This document shows, piece by piece, positions 24,850-36,327 of a DNA stretch of 64,000 nucleotides. The notes beneath the pieces are model-generated. The model ran no database searches. It worked only from the letters and a program-made list of their open reading frames with translations, and was not told the origin of the DNA. The stretch spans positions 15,686,001-15,750,000 of the forward strand of contig NC_043000.1 in NCBI RefSeq assembly GCF_006345805.1. The letters run 5' to 3'. The translations under genes and the position numbers were made by a program. The DNA comes from Octopus sinensis. Taxonomy: Eukaryota. Positions within the stretch are counted from its first letter, which is position 1. The number at the start of each line of letters is the position of its first letter.

Positions 24850-26300
24850 TCAAAAGTGCATATAAAGCATATGCAGTAATGTACAAATGTCTAGAAAGTG
24901 AACAGTGTATGAGTCAGATACATGCTTGCGTGTGTATGGAGGGGAGAAAATCAGGTGTAGTGTTGGTGAATCTCAGGAAGCATGGAAGTTTTGAAGGATG
25001 CAGTGCTCCGACAACTAACAACTGATGCTGGCAGTTTGTTCCATACTTCAGCAACTCTTAACGTGAAAAAATGTTTCTGAAAGTCATGGGAGCTGTGCTG
25101 TTTTCTGACTTTGTAAACATGTCCACGGGTGTTAGACAGGTGGAATTTGAAAAGGTGTTCAGAGTTATTGTTAGTAAGATGGTTAATAATTTTATGGGTG
25201 TCTGCCAAGTCAGCTGCCAGACATTGAGAAGGAAGAGAGAGAGAGATCAGTAGCAAGCCTACCTACGTGGGGGATAAGGAAAGCAGTCTACCCTAGGTGA
25301 TGCTTTTATGGAAGCCGCACTTTTGGCTCTGCTGTATAAGCTTGTATAGACTTGGAGTCCCATTTGAGGGGGCGGTCTCAAGGGCTGCCCCCGGCAGCTC
25401 ACACTCTAAGAGAAGAGCATGGGAAGGAGAGATTCTAAATAATGACTGAGTGATTTGTTTACAAAGATATTTTATAGGACCAAGGAAATCAATGTGCAGT
25501 TCCATAGATTAGGAAATATCCTTGTAGAGAGAAAAAGATTGTAGAATTTAATGAATATTGTAAGTGACTCCGAAGTACACAGTTTTAGTGTTGGTACACC
25601 ATCAGGACTTGTCATTTTGTTGGGTGAGAATGATATGGGGAGTTTTATTGGCTAACTACACCCCTTTACCTGATCAACCAAGATCAAGTAGGCCTATGAT
25701 AAAAGGTAGTCCAGGTGGCAGATGAATGTGACCATCTCATCTTTGCAGGAACTCTCTGAATACATTGTTTGATGAGTCCTTTCTTTTTTCCATTTTCCCT
25801 TTTAATGGTAGGGAGTGATTTCTAGTAGGTGGAGCCACTGTGTATGTGCTTCTTTATTAGCTTGTGATTAAATAAATTTTTGCACTCAGTGACCAGGTGT
25901 GTAGGTGGTGAGAGATGGAGAAGGAGAATTTAAAGAGAGTTTTGTTGAATGCATGCAGTGTGAAGTTTACTAGCCGATCTGAAGGAATTAATTAGGAATG
26001 GCAATTAGTAGGATCCTGTAAATTAGAAAAGGTTTTCTTTGTAAGAGACCCGAAGGCCCTACAGCAATTAGGAGAGCATAATGATCGTGTTTTTGTTGTT
26101 GCTATAATCAAAACAGACCTAGAATCAAAAGTATTCCAACCATGACTCTGCCATCTTTTTTGCATCTCCAGATTTCCTAATATTTACTTCAGAGAGAATT
26201 TAAGTAAGATAGATTGTCCTCAACGTAAAAAAAAAATGAGAACAATTACTAGTTGTTGGAGGAGTTCAAAGAGTAGTAGTGATAGTCAGATTAATTTAAA
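24850..26300 (-). mobile_element. Decayed CR1/L2-like LINE; 3' end clear at 24950-25250, upstream part tentative
   Basis: ADLADTHKII...LFKFHLSNTRGHVYKVRK...KHFFTLRVAEVWNKLPASVV...SFK; TSPDG motif near 25610. Confidence 0.7.
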
Positions 26301-26764
26301 GGAGTGTGTATATGCATGTGCGTAAGTGAAATGAATAGGAACGTAACTAAGTAAAGAATGCATGTATATATAATTACCACCTTATAATGGACACAGGTGT
26401 AAACAAATACTACAGTTTCCATAACTACCACCCTCAACTGTCAATGTTTGGATGTGGAAGTGAAAGGTGATCTTTTGATGATTTACTAAACTGAATTCTA
26501 TTGGTGGTGAATATCAGGAGCCATGGTTGTAGGGTCTTTCTGGAATTTGTTAATGTTACATGTATACATCAGATATGAAGATGTGTGTTTATTTATACAC
26601 CAGAGATAAAGATTTGTCTGAAGCACAGAATAAAAATAGCCTCAAATTGTTGTTTTGGTGTTGTTGTTGTTTAGCTTAAGGTAAGCTCTGTTTTAGCAGA
26701 TCTATTATCATACATGTTCCAGCTATGACCAACCCATTTTCTCTTTATCTAGAACTACACGTCT

Positions 26765-26949
26765 TTTTTTCTACTTGTTTCAATCATTGGACTGTGGCCA
26801 TGCTGCACCACCATATTGAAGGGTTTAGTCAAACAAATTGACCCTCGTACTTATTTTTAGGTCTGCTACTTATTTTATTGATCACTTTTGCTGAACTGCT
26901 AAGTTATAGGGATGTAAACAAGCCAACACCTGTTATCAAAGGGAAGGAA

Positions 26950-26982
<33 letters not shown>

Positions 26983-27510
26983 TAATGAGCATCCACACAG
27001 TTTCTTATTTCTTTATTGCCCATAAGGGGCTAAGCATAGAAGGGACAAACAAGGACAGACAAAGGGATTAAGTCAATTACATCGACCCCAGTGCGTAACT
27101 GGTACTTAATTTATCGACCCCGAAAGGATGAAAGGCAAAGTCGACCTCGGTGGAATTTGAACTCAGAATGTAATCGCAGACAAAATATCGCTAAGCATTT
27201 CGCCTGGCATGCTAACGTTTCTGCCAGCTCGCCGCCTTTGAAAAAATATGGAGCACTTCATGAATTTGCATGTCATCTTTGCATAGGGGCCATGCTAATC
27301 TTCTCTATCATTCCAATTGTAAAATATGTACCGCCGTAGATAGTAGCTTCCACACAGTTTCTGACTACCAAATTCACTCGCAAGGCATTCATCTCTTGTC
27401 ACCTATATTATTTACAATTCAGGGCTATAGATGAAGACACTTGCTCAAGGTACCATGCTGTAAGACTGAACCCAGAAGCACATGGCTGCAAATTGAGCTC
27501 CTTAACCACA
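26765..27510 (-). mobile_element. Family B remnant interrupted by a full family C copy (27005-27240)
   Basis: B tail at 26765-26940, C copy, B head at 27340-27510. Confidence 0.75.
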
Positions 27511-28014
27511 AAAATGAAAATAATAATATTTGTCATTGATGAATATTTCTTTTCCATCCTCATATATTTATTTCAAATTGGCATTTAATGCTTCCCCACC
27601 TTAAATATTTTAGCATTAACTTGCATGGAATTCCACAACTTTGACTGCTATTTATCAGCTAAATCATCATCTCATTTAAATAACGTTTTATCAACCTACA
27701 ATGTTCATAATTCTCTCATTATGTTGTCCTTAAGTACTAATATTCATAACAGCACAATATGTTTGCGAGGGAGGAGTGGAAGCTAACTGGTATGTTTAGA
27801 GAATTATTATTAGATCATACATAAAATGATAATATAGAATCTAATGTGAATTTTTCCTGGATATGCAAGGGGTGGTGCTTATTTCATAGCATTAAGTAGA
27901 TTAGAGATAAATGTTGAGTAGAATGCCAGTCTAATTCAGGTAACATTTGTATGTAATTCACTAACTATTCCTCTTTCTTTAACTACTAAATCAGCTGAGG
28001 CAATGTTGAATAAA

Positions 28015-28430
28015 ATATCTTACGTTCTGAGTTCAAATTCCGCTGAGGTCGACTTTGCCTTTCATCCTTTCGGGGTCGATAAATTACATACCTATTTCTT
28101 TACTACCCACAAGGGGCTAAACATAGAGAGGACAAACAAGGACAGACACACGGATTAAGTCGATTACATCTACCCCAGTGCGTAACTGGTACTTATTTAA
28201 TCGACCCCGAAAGGATGAAAGGCAAAGTCGACCTCGGCGGAATTTGAACTCAGAACGTAACAGCCGATAAAATATGGCTACGCATTTCGGCCGGCATGCT
28301 AGCGTTTCTGCCAGCTCACCACCTTCATGTAAAAACATTTTGTTACACCAGTTGCATACTGGGGTCGATCTAATTGACTGGTCCCCTCCCCCAAAATTTC
28401 AGGCCGTGTGACTAGAGTAGAAAAAAAATG
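28015..28430. mobile_element. Family C (+) split by a full family C (-) copy (28090-28325)
   Basis: The outer copy's core (28020-28080) resumes at ~28345. Confidence 0.85.
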
Positions 28431-29339
28431 TATATTTTACTCCCTCGTTATCATCATCACTTTCACACATGCTTTTTCTGTGCTGGCATGAATTGATCAA
28501 GACTTACTGAGGTTGTATTCTACAGCCAGATACCTTTCCTGGTGCTGACTGTTAATTTTTTTTTTTTTATTCAAATGTAGTGTCTGATTCTATTCTCCGA
28601 AGCTTAATTGTTGAGCTATTAGACTTTATGTCACTCCTTCAGGGTCACTAAGATTCTGAGACAAACATACATGCATGCTAACAGACACATATAAATGTGC
28701 ACACACATACACTCACACTCATACATTCACATACATTTATACACACACACACACACACACACATCAACTTCCATGCAATTTCTGTCTAGCAAATTTTGCT
28801 CACAAAACTTTCATTAACCTGCAATTTTAGAAGAAGACTGTACCAGGGTACCTTGCAGTGGGATTGAACCTGAAAGCATATAGTTGGAAAGCAAACTTTT
28901 CCACCATATAACTATACCTGTTCCCATAGTGACACTCTGCTTATAGCTATGCTTGTGCCTGCTGTCTTACTTGCAGCTCTAGGTTTGCCTCCTCTTATAA
29001 AATTGCTTAGACTGGATTTGAACTTCTGGCTTATGTGCAAGTTGCTTAATGCTTTCTCCACTAAAACCATATATCTACATGGTCAACCTGCCTCTCGATT
29101 TATCTCATAATTGTTTGATCATAAATAGCTGCTAATTTCCATCCTGCTACCTTGCCATGTCCTTTCAATTATTCTTAAATTTTTCTTTTGATTTTGTCTC
29201 TGCTTTGATGTACGTATCACATACATGTTTTCTTCCTAATTTATTTTCCAAATTTCCTAAAGCCCTTTCTCCCAGAATCCATGTCCATTGATAATTCTCT
29301 CTCCGTTACTATGTTGCATCTACTCTCTTATCTTTTATT

Positions 29340-29700
29340 GTTTACTTGTTTCAGTCATTAGACTGTGACCCTGCTGGGGCACCACCTGGAAGAATTTTAG
29401 TCAGACGAATCGACCCCAGTAATTTTTTTTGTAAGCCTGGTACTTATTCTTTTGGCCTCTTTTGCCAAAAGTTACTGTGACATAAACACATCAACATCAG
29501 TTGTCAAGTGGTGGGACACACACACACACACACGTACAATAGGCTTCTTTCAATTTCTGTTTACCAAATCCACTCACAAGGCTTTTATCAGCCCAAGGCT
29601 ATAATAGAAGACACTTGCCCAAGATGTCACGCAGTGGGACTGAACCTGGAACCATGTGGTTGGGAAGCAAGCTTCTTACCTCAGAGTCACACCTGCACCT
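29340..29700 (-). mobile_element. SINE family B
   Basis: Tail to head present, diverged. Confidence 0.85.
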
Positions 29701-30107
29701 GAATAATTAGTAATTATAGCAATGCAAATTTTTAATACATTGACCTGACCTGATCTGACCTTAATGATTCTAAGCTCATTAATATCCCAACCCTTCATGT
29801 ACAGGAATAAAGTATTTGTTGTTGAAGGCCTCAAATTTGTAGGGATTGGAGACAGTCAGTTGAATGAAACTTAAAACTGATATATATTTTATTGACCTTT
29901 GAGGAATAAAAATCAAAGTGAATCTTGATAGGATTTGAGCTCAGAATATTTGGGTTGTATAGCATTTATTCTGACATTCTATCATTTCTACCAAACCAAA
30001 GTGTAAAACTGAAAAACTCCTCCATTTGACTACGGGAACCCTCTTATATTGTTCTACTTTAACTTCTGGGTTGAATACATTGTTCTGAATTCATGATTAA
30101 GTGAAGT

Positions 30108-30510
30108 GTGGATGTGTGGTTGAGAAGTTTGCTTCCCAACCACATGGTTTTGGGTTCAGTCTTACTGCTTAGCGTCTAAGGCTAGTGTATTTTACTGTAT
30201 CCCTGGGCTAATCAAAGCTTTGTGAGTGGATTTAGTGGACAGAAACTAAAAGAAACCCTTTTTATGTTTGTGTGTGTTCATGCCTCACTATCCTGACACT
30301 GTGTAACGATTGTAAATGAGCGTCACTGTCATACAAGCTGTGTCAGTCATTTCCAATATTTTGTGCAAGCATGTCTGACCTGTGAAAATATTACTTTGAT
30401 TAGAAACAGATGAGGGTTCGTGACAGGAAGGGCATCTGGTCTTAGAAAATCTGTCTCAATAAACTCAATTTCGCAAAAGTATGAAAAAAATGAATAACAA
30501 AATGATATTG
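30108..30510 (+). mobile_element. SINE family F
   Basis: B-type head followed by GACAGGAAGGGCATCTGG Meta-like motif. Confidence 0.75.
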
Positions 30511-30515
30511 TTGTT

Positions 30516-30727
30516 GTATTTAGGAATGGTCATTTTGACAGTTTAGCCAATAAAAACACACGCACTATTTGGTGTTAATTTGCTTCAGCTTTATTTATTT
30601 TTTACATTAATCTTAATCTTATTTCGGCCAGAGTTCTTTCGTCACACTTCTGAAGCAAATTAATACCAAATATATAGTGCGTGTGTTTTTATTGGCTATA
30701 CTGGCAACAATGACCATTCTTAAATAC
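30516..30727. repeat. Foldback element: ~73-78 bp inverted arms, 61 bp spacer
   Basis: Arms at 30516-30588 and 30650-30727, about 90% complementary. Confidence 0.9.
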
Positions 30728-31840
30728 AAACAACATCTGTTTCAACACACAATTTCACATCAAGAATCTTGCAAAACAAATATATAAACGTAAAAATGAT
30801 ATTGAGCATCATAAAAAGGTTAAGATGCCGGTCATATGAGTCATAGGTCTTGTAGTAAATTTTGTGTCCAGAAACAAAACTAGTAATTAAGTAAATCTCA
30901 GTATTATTTTATGAAATAAATTGCTTTATATTTAAACGTTTTGCTGTGTTAAACTTTTATAGAAAATGTAAAACATATTGATTAATGATGGTTTTGATCT
31001 GATTGAGTTCAGAAATGATTGATAAAAACCTAATCCAAGTACACTAGTCTTGCACTCATTGACATATTGTTTTTCTTATGATGTAATTTATCTTTCAATC
31101 TTATCTATTTCACGGTCCTTTTATTCCAAGACTAGAATAAATAAATACATTGCTTTGCAAATTTATTGTCCTGTATGTTTTCACTATTCCTTTTTATTTT
31201 ATTCTTTTTCTTTGTTTGTTAGTTTGTTTTTCTATCTACTAACATTATCTCCCCCCCCCCCGGCCTGATCACTTAACCACAAGTCTGGGAGTGACTCATC
31301 AAGCAAGCTATAGGTTTGCCCCTCGCATCCTTATAAATGAATGAATGATGTTATTAACGTCAGTCATTCATAAAAGTACAGTCGAAAGGACGACGTGCGA
31401 TCATAACCATTTCCCTTCTCCACTTCCTCACTCACATCAATGCCCTCTTGGCTACAGAGTGGCTACAGAAACGTTATCTTGATTTTGATTAATTACTCTT
31501 TAACCACTTAACAAGAGTCCAGAATCTGATGAAGGTATTGTACGAAATAGCTTTTGACGTAATTCCTTCTCTATGCTAACTAATGCAATCTAAGGAATAT
31601 TGCACAAACAATTTCCTGTTTGTAAATTGCATTCATGTGCTTGTGTGTATGTCTGTGTTTAGAACACATACATTAGATTGGAAATGATTAGCAAATAAAA
31701 CATCTGGGTTTTTTTCAATCCAATTTAACAATGCAATTTTATGCCTTTGAAATATAAAATATTTGTTTTGAGTTGCACATGATGAGTTATTTGGTATGAG
31801 CAGTGGCTGAGGTAGGACTTCGATAATGTGATTTCCTTAA

Positions 31841-32061
31841 CCCTTTCGTTACTGTATTCATTTTGAGATGCTCTGTGTTTCTTTCAGTTACTTAAAATAT
31901 AACGAAGAATTTTGTAAAATAACTTAGTTATCATTAAGCTCGTGTTAGGAACATAAATTGTGACTAAGGTTTGGTGGAAGATTTTAATTCAAAACTTATA
32001 AAAACAAGACATTTGTACTACAGAGCCAGAGGTGGTTTCAGCCGGGTTGGTAATGAAAGGG
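31841..32061. mobile_element. TTAA-flanked MITE, 220 bp family
   Basis: TTAA both sides; CCCTTTCGTTAC/GTAATGAAAGGG. Confidence 0.9.
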
Positions 32062-32125
32062 TTAATGTACACGTGTTGTTAAACTCCAAGAGCGGCAGTC
32101 TTTTGTCTGGAAAAGATTCCTTTAA

Positions 32126-32746
32126 CCCTTTCATTACCATATTTCTTTTGAAGTGATCTGTGTTTCTTTCAATTAATTCTAAATATAACAAAGAATTTAG
32201 TAAAATAACTTAGTTATCATTCAGCTAGTGTTAGGAACGTGGAGGTGCAATGGCCCAGTGGTTAGGGCAGCGGACTCACGGTCATAGGATCGCGGTTTCG
32301 GTTCCCAGACTGGGCGTTGTGAGTGTTTATTGAGCGAAAACACCTAAAAGCTCCACGAGGCTCCGGCAGGAGATGGTGGTGATCCCTGCTGTACTCTTTC
32401 ACCACAACTTTCTCTCACTCTTACTTCCTGTTTCTGTTGTACCTGTATTTCAAGGGGCTGGCCTTGTCACTCTCTGTGTCACGCTGAATATCCCCGAGAA
32501 CTACGTTAAGGGTGCACGTGTCTGTGGAGTGCTCAGCCACTTACACGTTAATTTCACGAGCAGGCTGTTCCGTTGATTCGGATCAACCGGAACCCTCATC
32601 GTCGTAACCGACGGAGTGCTTCCCCCAGTGTTAGGAACATAAATTGTGACTACGGTTTGGTGGAAGATTTTAATTCAAAACTTATGAAAACAAGACATTT
32701 GTACCCAGAGCCTGAGCTGGTTTCAGCCAGGTTGGTAACGAAAGGG
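32126..32746. mobile_element. TTAA-flanked MITE carrying a family D SINE
   Basis: TTAA at 32122-32125 and 32747-32750; MITE halves continue across the insertion. Confidence 0.9.
32239..32626 (+). mobile_element. SINE family D, full length, 12 bp TSD
   Basis: AGTGTTAGGAAC at 32227-32238 and 32627-32638. Confidence 0.93.
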
Positions 32747-33057
32747 TTAATGTGTATGAGAGTTTATGGAGTGTACATATGTATACATTGAAGTGTGTCA
32801 GCATATATGTATATTGTCGTCATTGCCATCATTATCATTTTTACATCTGTTTTCCTTACTGACATGGACTTGTTAAGCCATTGCAGTTTGAGTCAGTTCT
32901 TATTTACAATCACCACTCTCCGTGGATCAGTCAGTGGGCCACATCTTACTTGCATGTTTCGTTATTGGCATTGTTTTTATACAGGGAGCCCTTCCTAACA
33001 CTATCTTATAGTACTTTATATTGTAACAGTAACATTACATATGCATATGTGTATATA

Positions 33058-33240
33058 CATCATCATCATCATTTAACGTCCACTTTCCATGCTGGTATGG
33101 GTTACACGGTTTGAATGGAACACGTAAGCTGGAGGGTTGCACTAGGTTCTGGTCTGATTTGGCATGGTTTCTACAGCTGGATGCCCTTCCTAACACCAAC
33201 CACTCTGAGAGTGTAATGGGTGCTTTTTACATGCCACTTA
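33058..33240 (-). mobile_element. SINE family A, truncated
   Basis: Tail and core. Confidence 0.85.
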
Positions 33241-33592
33241 CACAATACCAGCAATGTGGCCATGATTACAATTTCACTTAGCTTGGCAAGTATTCTCAAA
33301 TATATATATATTTCACAGTTGAAATATTCCTGTCACAACCTGGGACGTTGGAGACTGCTTAAATGCAAGAAAGTATATTAGTCCCTTAATATTTGATATT
33401 CAATAAGACAATCAATACTTCATTTTACTATATATACTATTTATACTATATATTCTACATACTACATTAATATTATAAAGAATATAAATAAAACATAAAA
33501 AACAGACAGAGTTGGAATTCCTTTAAATAATATATATCCCTCTATACACAATCATACAAACCTCTTTATATATATATATATATATATATATA

Positions 33593-33815
33593 TCATCATC
33601 ATCATCATTTAGCGTCCGCTTTCCATGCTAGCATGGGTTGGATGGTTCAACTGGGGTCTGGAAAGCCAGAAGGCTGCACCAGGCCCAGTCTGATCTGGCA
33701 GTGTTTCTACGGCTGGATGCCCTTCCTAACGCCAACCACTGAGTGTAGTGGGTGCTTTTTACGTGCCAGACAAGGCTGGCAAATGGCCACGATAAGATGG
33801 TGCTTTTTACGTGCC
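33593..33815 (-). mobile_element. SINE family A
   Basis: Tail and core next to a (TA)n tract. Confidence 0.85.
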
Positions 33816-33985
33816 AGCACACACACATATATATAGTTTACTGTTCCACTAAGGTAAGATCAAGAAAAAAGAACTATCCAGTGAGAGATAAATATCATTT
33901 AATGTACACAGTGTAAAGATAAGAGCTATTAGTAGTTTCTTGCTGTGAAGACATGTCTAGACATATATATATATATATATATATT

Positions 33986-34268
33986 ATGTAGATGTACTTG
34001 CATAGCAAGTGACTTGATCTGAGATCGTGTGCTGGAACGAAAACAATTGCAGCATGGAAGGTGTTTATAAGCCATTTAAGAAACACACAAAAACCATTAG
34101 TTTCATTTCAACATTTAAATTTACTTTGTCAAAATATTTTCGTTGCTTTGAGACCGCAACCTGTTCACTGACAAAACTTCTGACAAATTAAATTTAAATG
34201 TTGAAGTGAATCTAACGGTTTTTGTGTGTTTCTTAAATGGCTTATAAACACCTTCAATGCAGCAATTG
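33986..34268 (-). mobile_element. Penelope pLTR-like foldback element with hammerhead-like loop
   Basis: 88 bp inverted arms at 34044-34131 and 34181-34268; TA runs on both flanks. Confidence 0.7.
34125..34175 (-). ncRNA. Putative type I minimal hammerhead ribozyme, G3-C8 variant
   Basis: TTTGTCA-GTGAACA-G-GTTGC-GGTCTCAAA-GCAAC-GAAA-ATAT-T-T-TGACAAA: 7 bp stem I, 5 bp stem II, palindromic stem III. Confidence 0.6.
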
Positions 34269-34335
34269 TATATATATATCGTTGGCGATTTTTTTTCCTC
34301 CGTCTTCCCTTCTCTGGATCCTTCCTTTTCCTATC

Positions 34336-34368
34336 TTTCTGACGAAGAGCTCCGCTCGAAACGTTAAA
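34336..34368 (+). ncRNA. Putative type I minimal hammerhead ribozyme (canonical core) in a 160 bp element at 34280-34440
   Basis: TTT-CTGACGA-A-GAGC-TCC-GCTC-GAAA-CGT-T-AAA. Confidence 0.75.
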
Positions 34369-34439
34369 CCCCACTTCTTCCCTTCCTTCTTGAGCGTCCA
34401 ATAATACTATATTTGTTGTGCTTTCATGTTTTGATTAAC

Positions 34440-34500
<61 letters not shown>

Positions 34501-34503
<3 letters not shown>

Positions 34504-34957
34504 TAATAATAAAATATTAGGGAATAAATCCAAACTTACAGGGAAAAATCAGATTTAGGATTGAATCCAATTTTATAGTAAGATATTATATTATATTAAA
34601 TTAGAGATAAAACCACTATTAGGCAAATCAAACAATGAAAAACTTAAGCCAATACATAAAATTAATTAATTTATATTATTTTAGATATATATCAAAATTA
34701 TTAAAAGTTTAATAAAATTGATAAACCTCGCTAAGATAAATATTTCAATCACCTGAAGATTGACTGTAACCATAACTCGAATTATTACGAATTGGACAGC
34801 CATGAAACGATCGTAGTGTTTTACTCATTATCTTTTATTAAACTTTTAATAATTTTGATATATATTTAAAATAATATAAATTAATTAATTTTATGTATTG
34901 GCTTAAGTTTTTTATTGTTTGATTTGCCTAATAGTGGTTTTATCTCTAATTTAATAT

Positions 34958-34960
<3 letters not shown>
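34501..34960 (+). mobile_element. Penelope pLTR-like foldback element with 125 bp inverted arms
   Basis: Arms at 34593-34717 and 34833-34957; (TA)n on both flanks. Confidence 0.75.
34750..34818 (+). ncRNA. Putative hammerhead ribozyme with extended stem II
   Basis: CAC-CTGAAGA...TGACTGT/ACAGCCA...GAAA-CGATCG-TA-GTG; palindrome ACGATCGT, GUA triplet. Confidence 0.6.
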
Positions 34961-34995
<35 letters not shown>

Positions 34996-35179
34996 CGTCA
35001 TTGTTTTAATGACTATTTTTCTGTTTGCATGTGTCAGACAAGAGTATGTTGGAACAGACTTTTTATCACAGTCGTGTACTCTCCCTGTTGTTAATCCCAT
35101 TTGTTTCTGAGCAAGATAATAATAATCTCCCAGTACCAACAAACAATGTTGACATGTTTTATGCAGGTAACTGGAAACA

Positions 35180-36320
35180 AACGGCACTTTGACTATGCCC
35201 TTACAGCTCATCAGCTGTGTCATGTGCAAGAGTTGTTAACATTCCTTGCTGCAGCCGAGGTTGGTCTATTTGTTAATGCAAGGTGTATGAAGACTGAGTG
35301 CATGACCATCAATAAGAATGAAAGCCACTTCTCAATTTGTTCCATTGATAGCAAACTATTCGAGGTGGTCAGTGACTTCAAGTATTTTGGGTTTTATGTT
35401 GCTGACAGTAAGAAGGATTTCCTGACAGGCAAGAGACAAGTCCTGGTGTGCCTATAACTACAGCTGACAATTAAGTATTCTTTTCTACTCTATTGGGGGC
35501 AAGGCCCAAAATTTTGGAGGAGGGGGCCAGTCGATGAGATTGACCCCTGTGTGCAACTGGTACTTAATTTATTGACCCCAAAAGGATGAATGGCAAAGTT
35601 GACCTCAGTGGAATTTGAACTCAGAATGTAAAGACAGACGGAATACCTATTTTTTTTACTACCCACAAGGGGCTAAACACAGAGGGAACAAACAAGGACA
35701 GACAAACGGATTAAGTCGATTATATCGACCCCAGTGCGTAACTGGTACTTATTTAATTGACCCCAAAAGGATGAAAGGCAAAGTCGACCTCGGCAGAATT
35801 TGAATTCAGAACGTAGCGGCATACGAAATACCGCAAAGCATTTTGCCTGGCGTGCTAATGATTCTGCCAGCTCACTGCTTTATAAGTAATTACTATTAAG
35901 TATTACAAAGTCAACAAGGCTGGTCACCTTCTCTGTATTCTTCCCTGTGGAATTGGAACCTTATGTAGAATGAACTCCAAGACTGCCTTGGTAGAATGTT
36001 CATTAGGCTTCTCATGAGGGCTCGGAATATCTCATAGTATGAGCACAAGCCCAAAGTGGTGATTTGTAGACATATTCTGCCCATCTCTGCTTGTGTTACA
36101 TAATGTAGGATAGGCTTTGCTGGCCATTGCTATTGTACTGAACTCTAAGCAATTTCAGATGTTATATTTTGGAGACTTCCACGCTCTAACAGAGGACAAA
36201 GACCACTCATCTATAATAATATTATTGACAGAGACACATGAAATTGTGGGCCTATCAAATCTAATGAGAAACGGGGATTTCTGAAGAGTATGGTGAAATA
36301 CTTCTTGATTGCAGCTACAT
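35180..36320 (+). mobile_element. Decayed RTE LINE RT region, interrupted by SINEs
   Basis: VQELL..AAEVGLFVNA..KTECMTIN...VVSDFKYFG; RLLMRARNIS and IGFAGHCY further on; same family as 17717-18265. Confidence 0.75.
35478..35880 (-). mobile_element. Tandem family C dimer (full copy 35647-35880 joined to a head-less copy)
   Basis: Two cores; junction at ~35645. Confidence 0.85.
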
Positions 36321-36327
36321 GAAGAAA

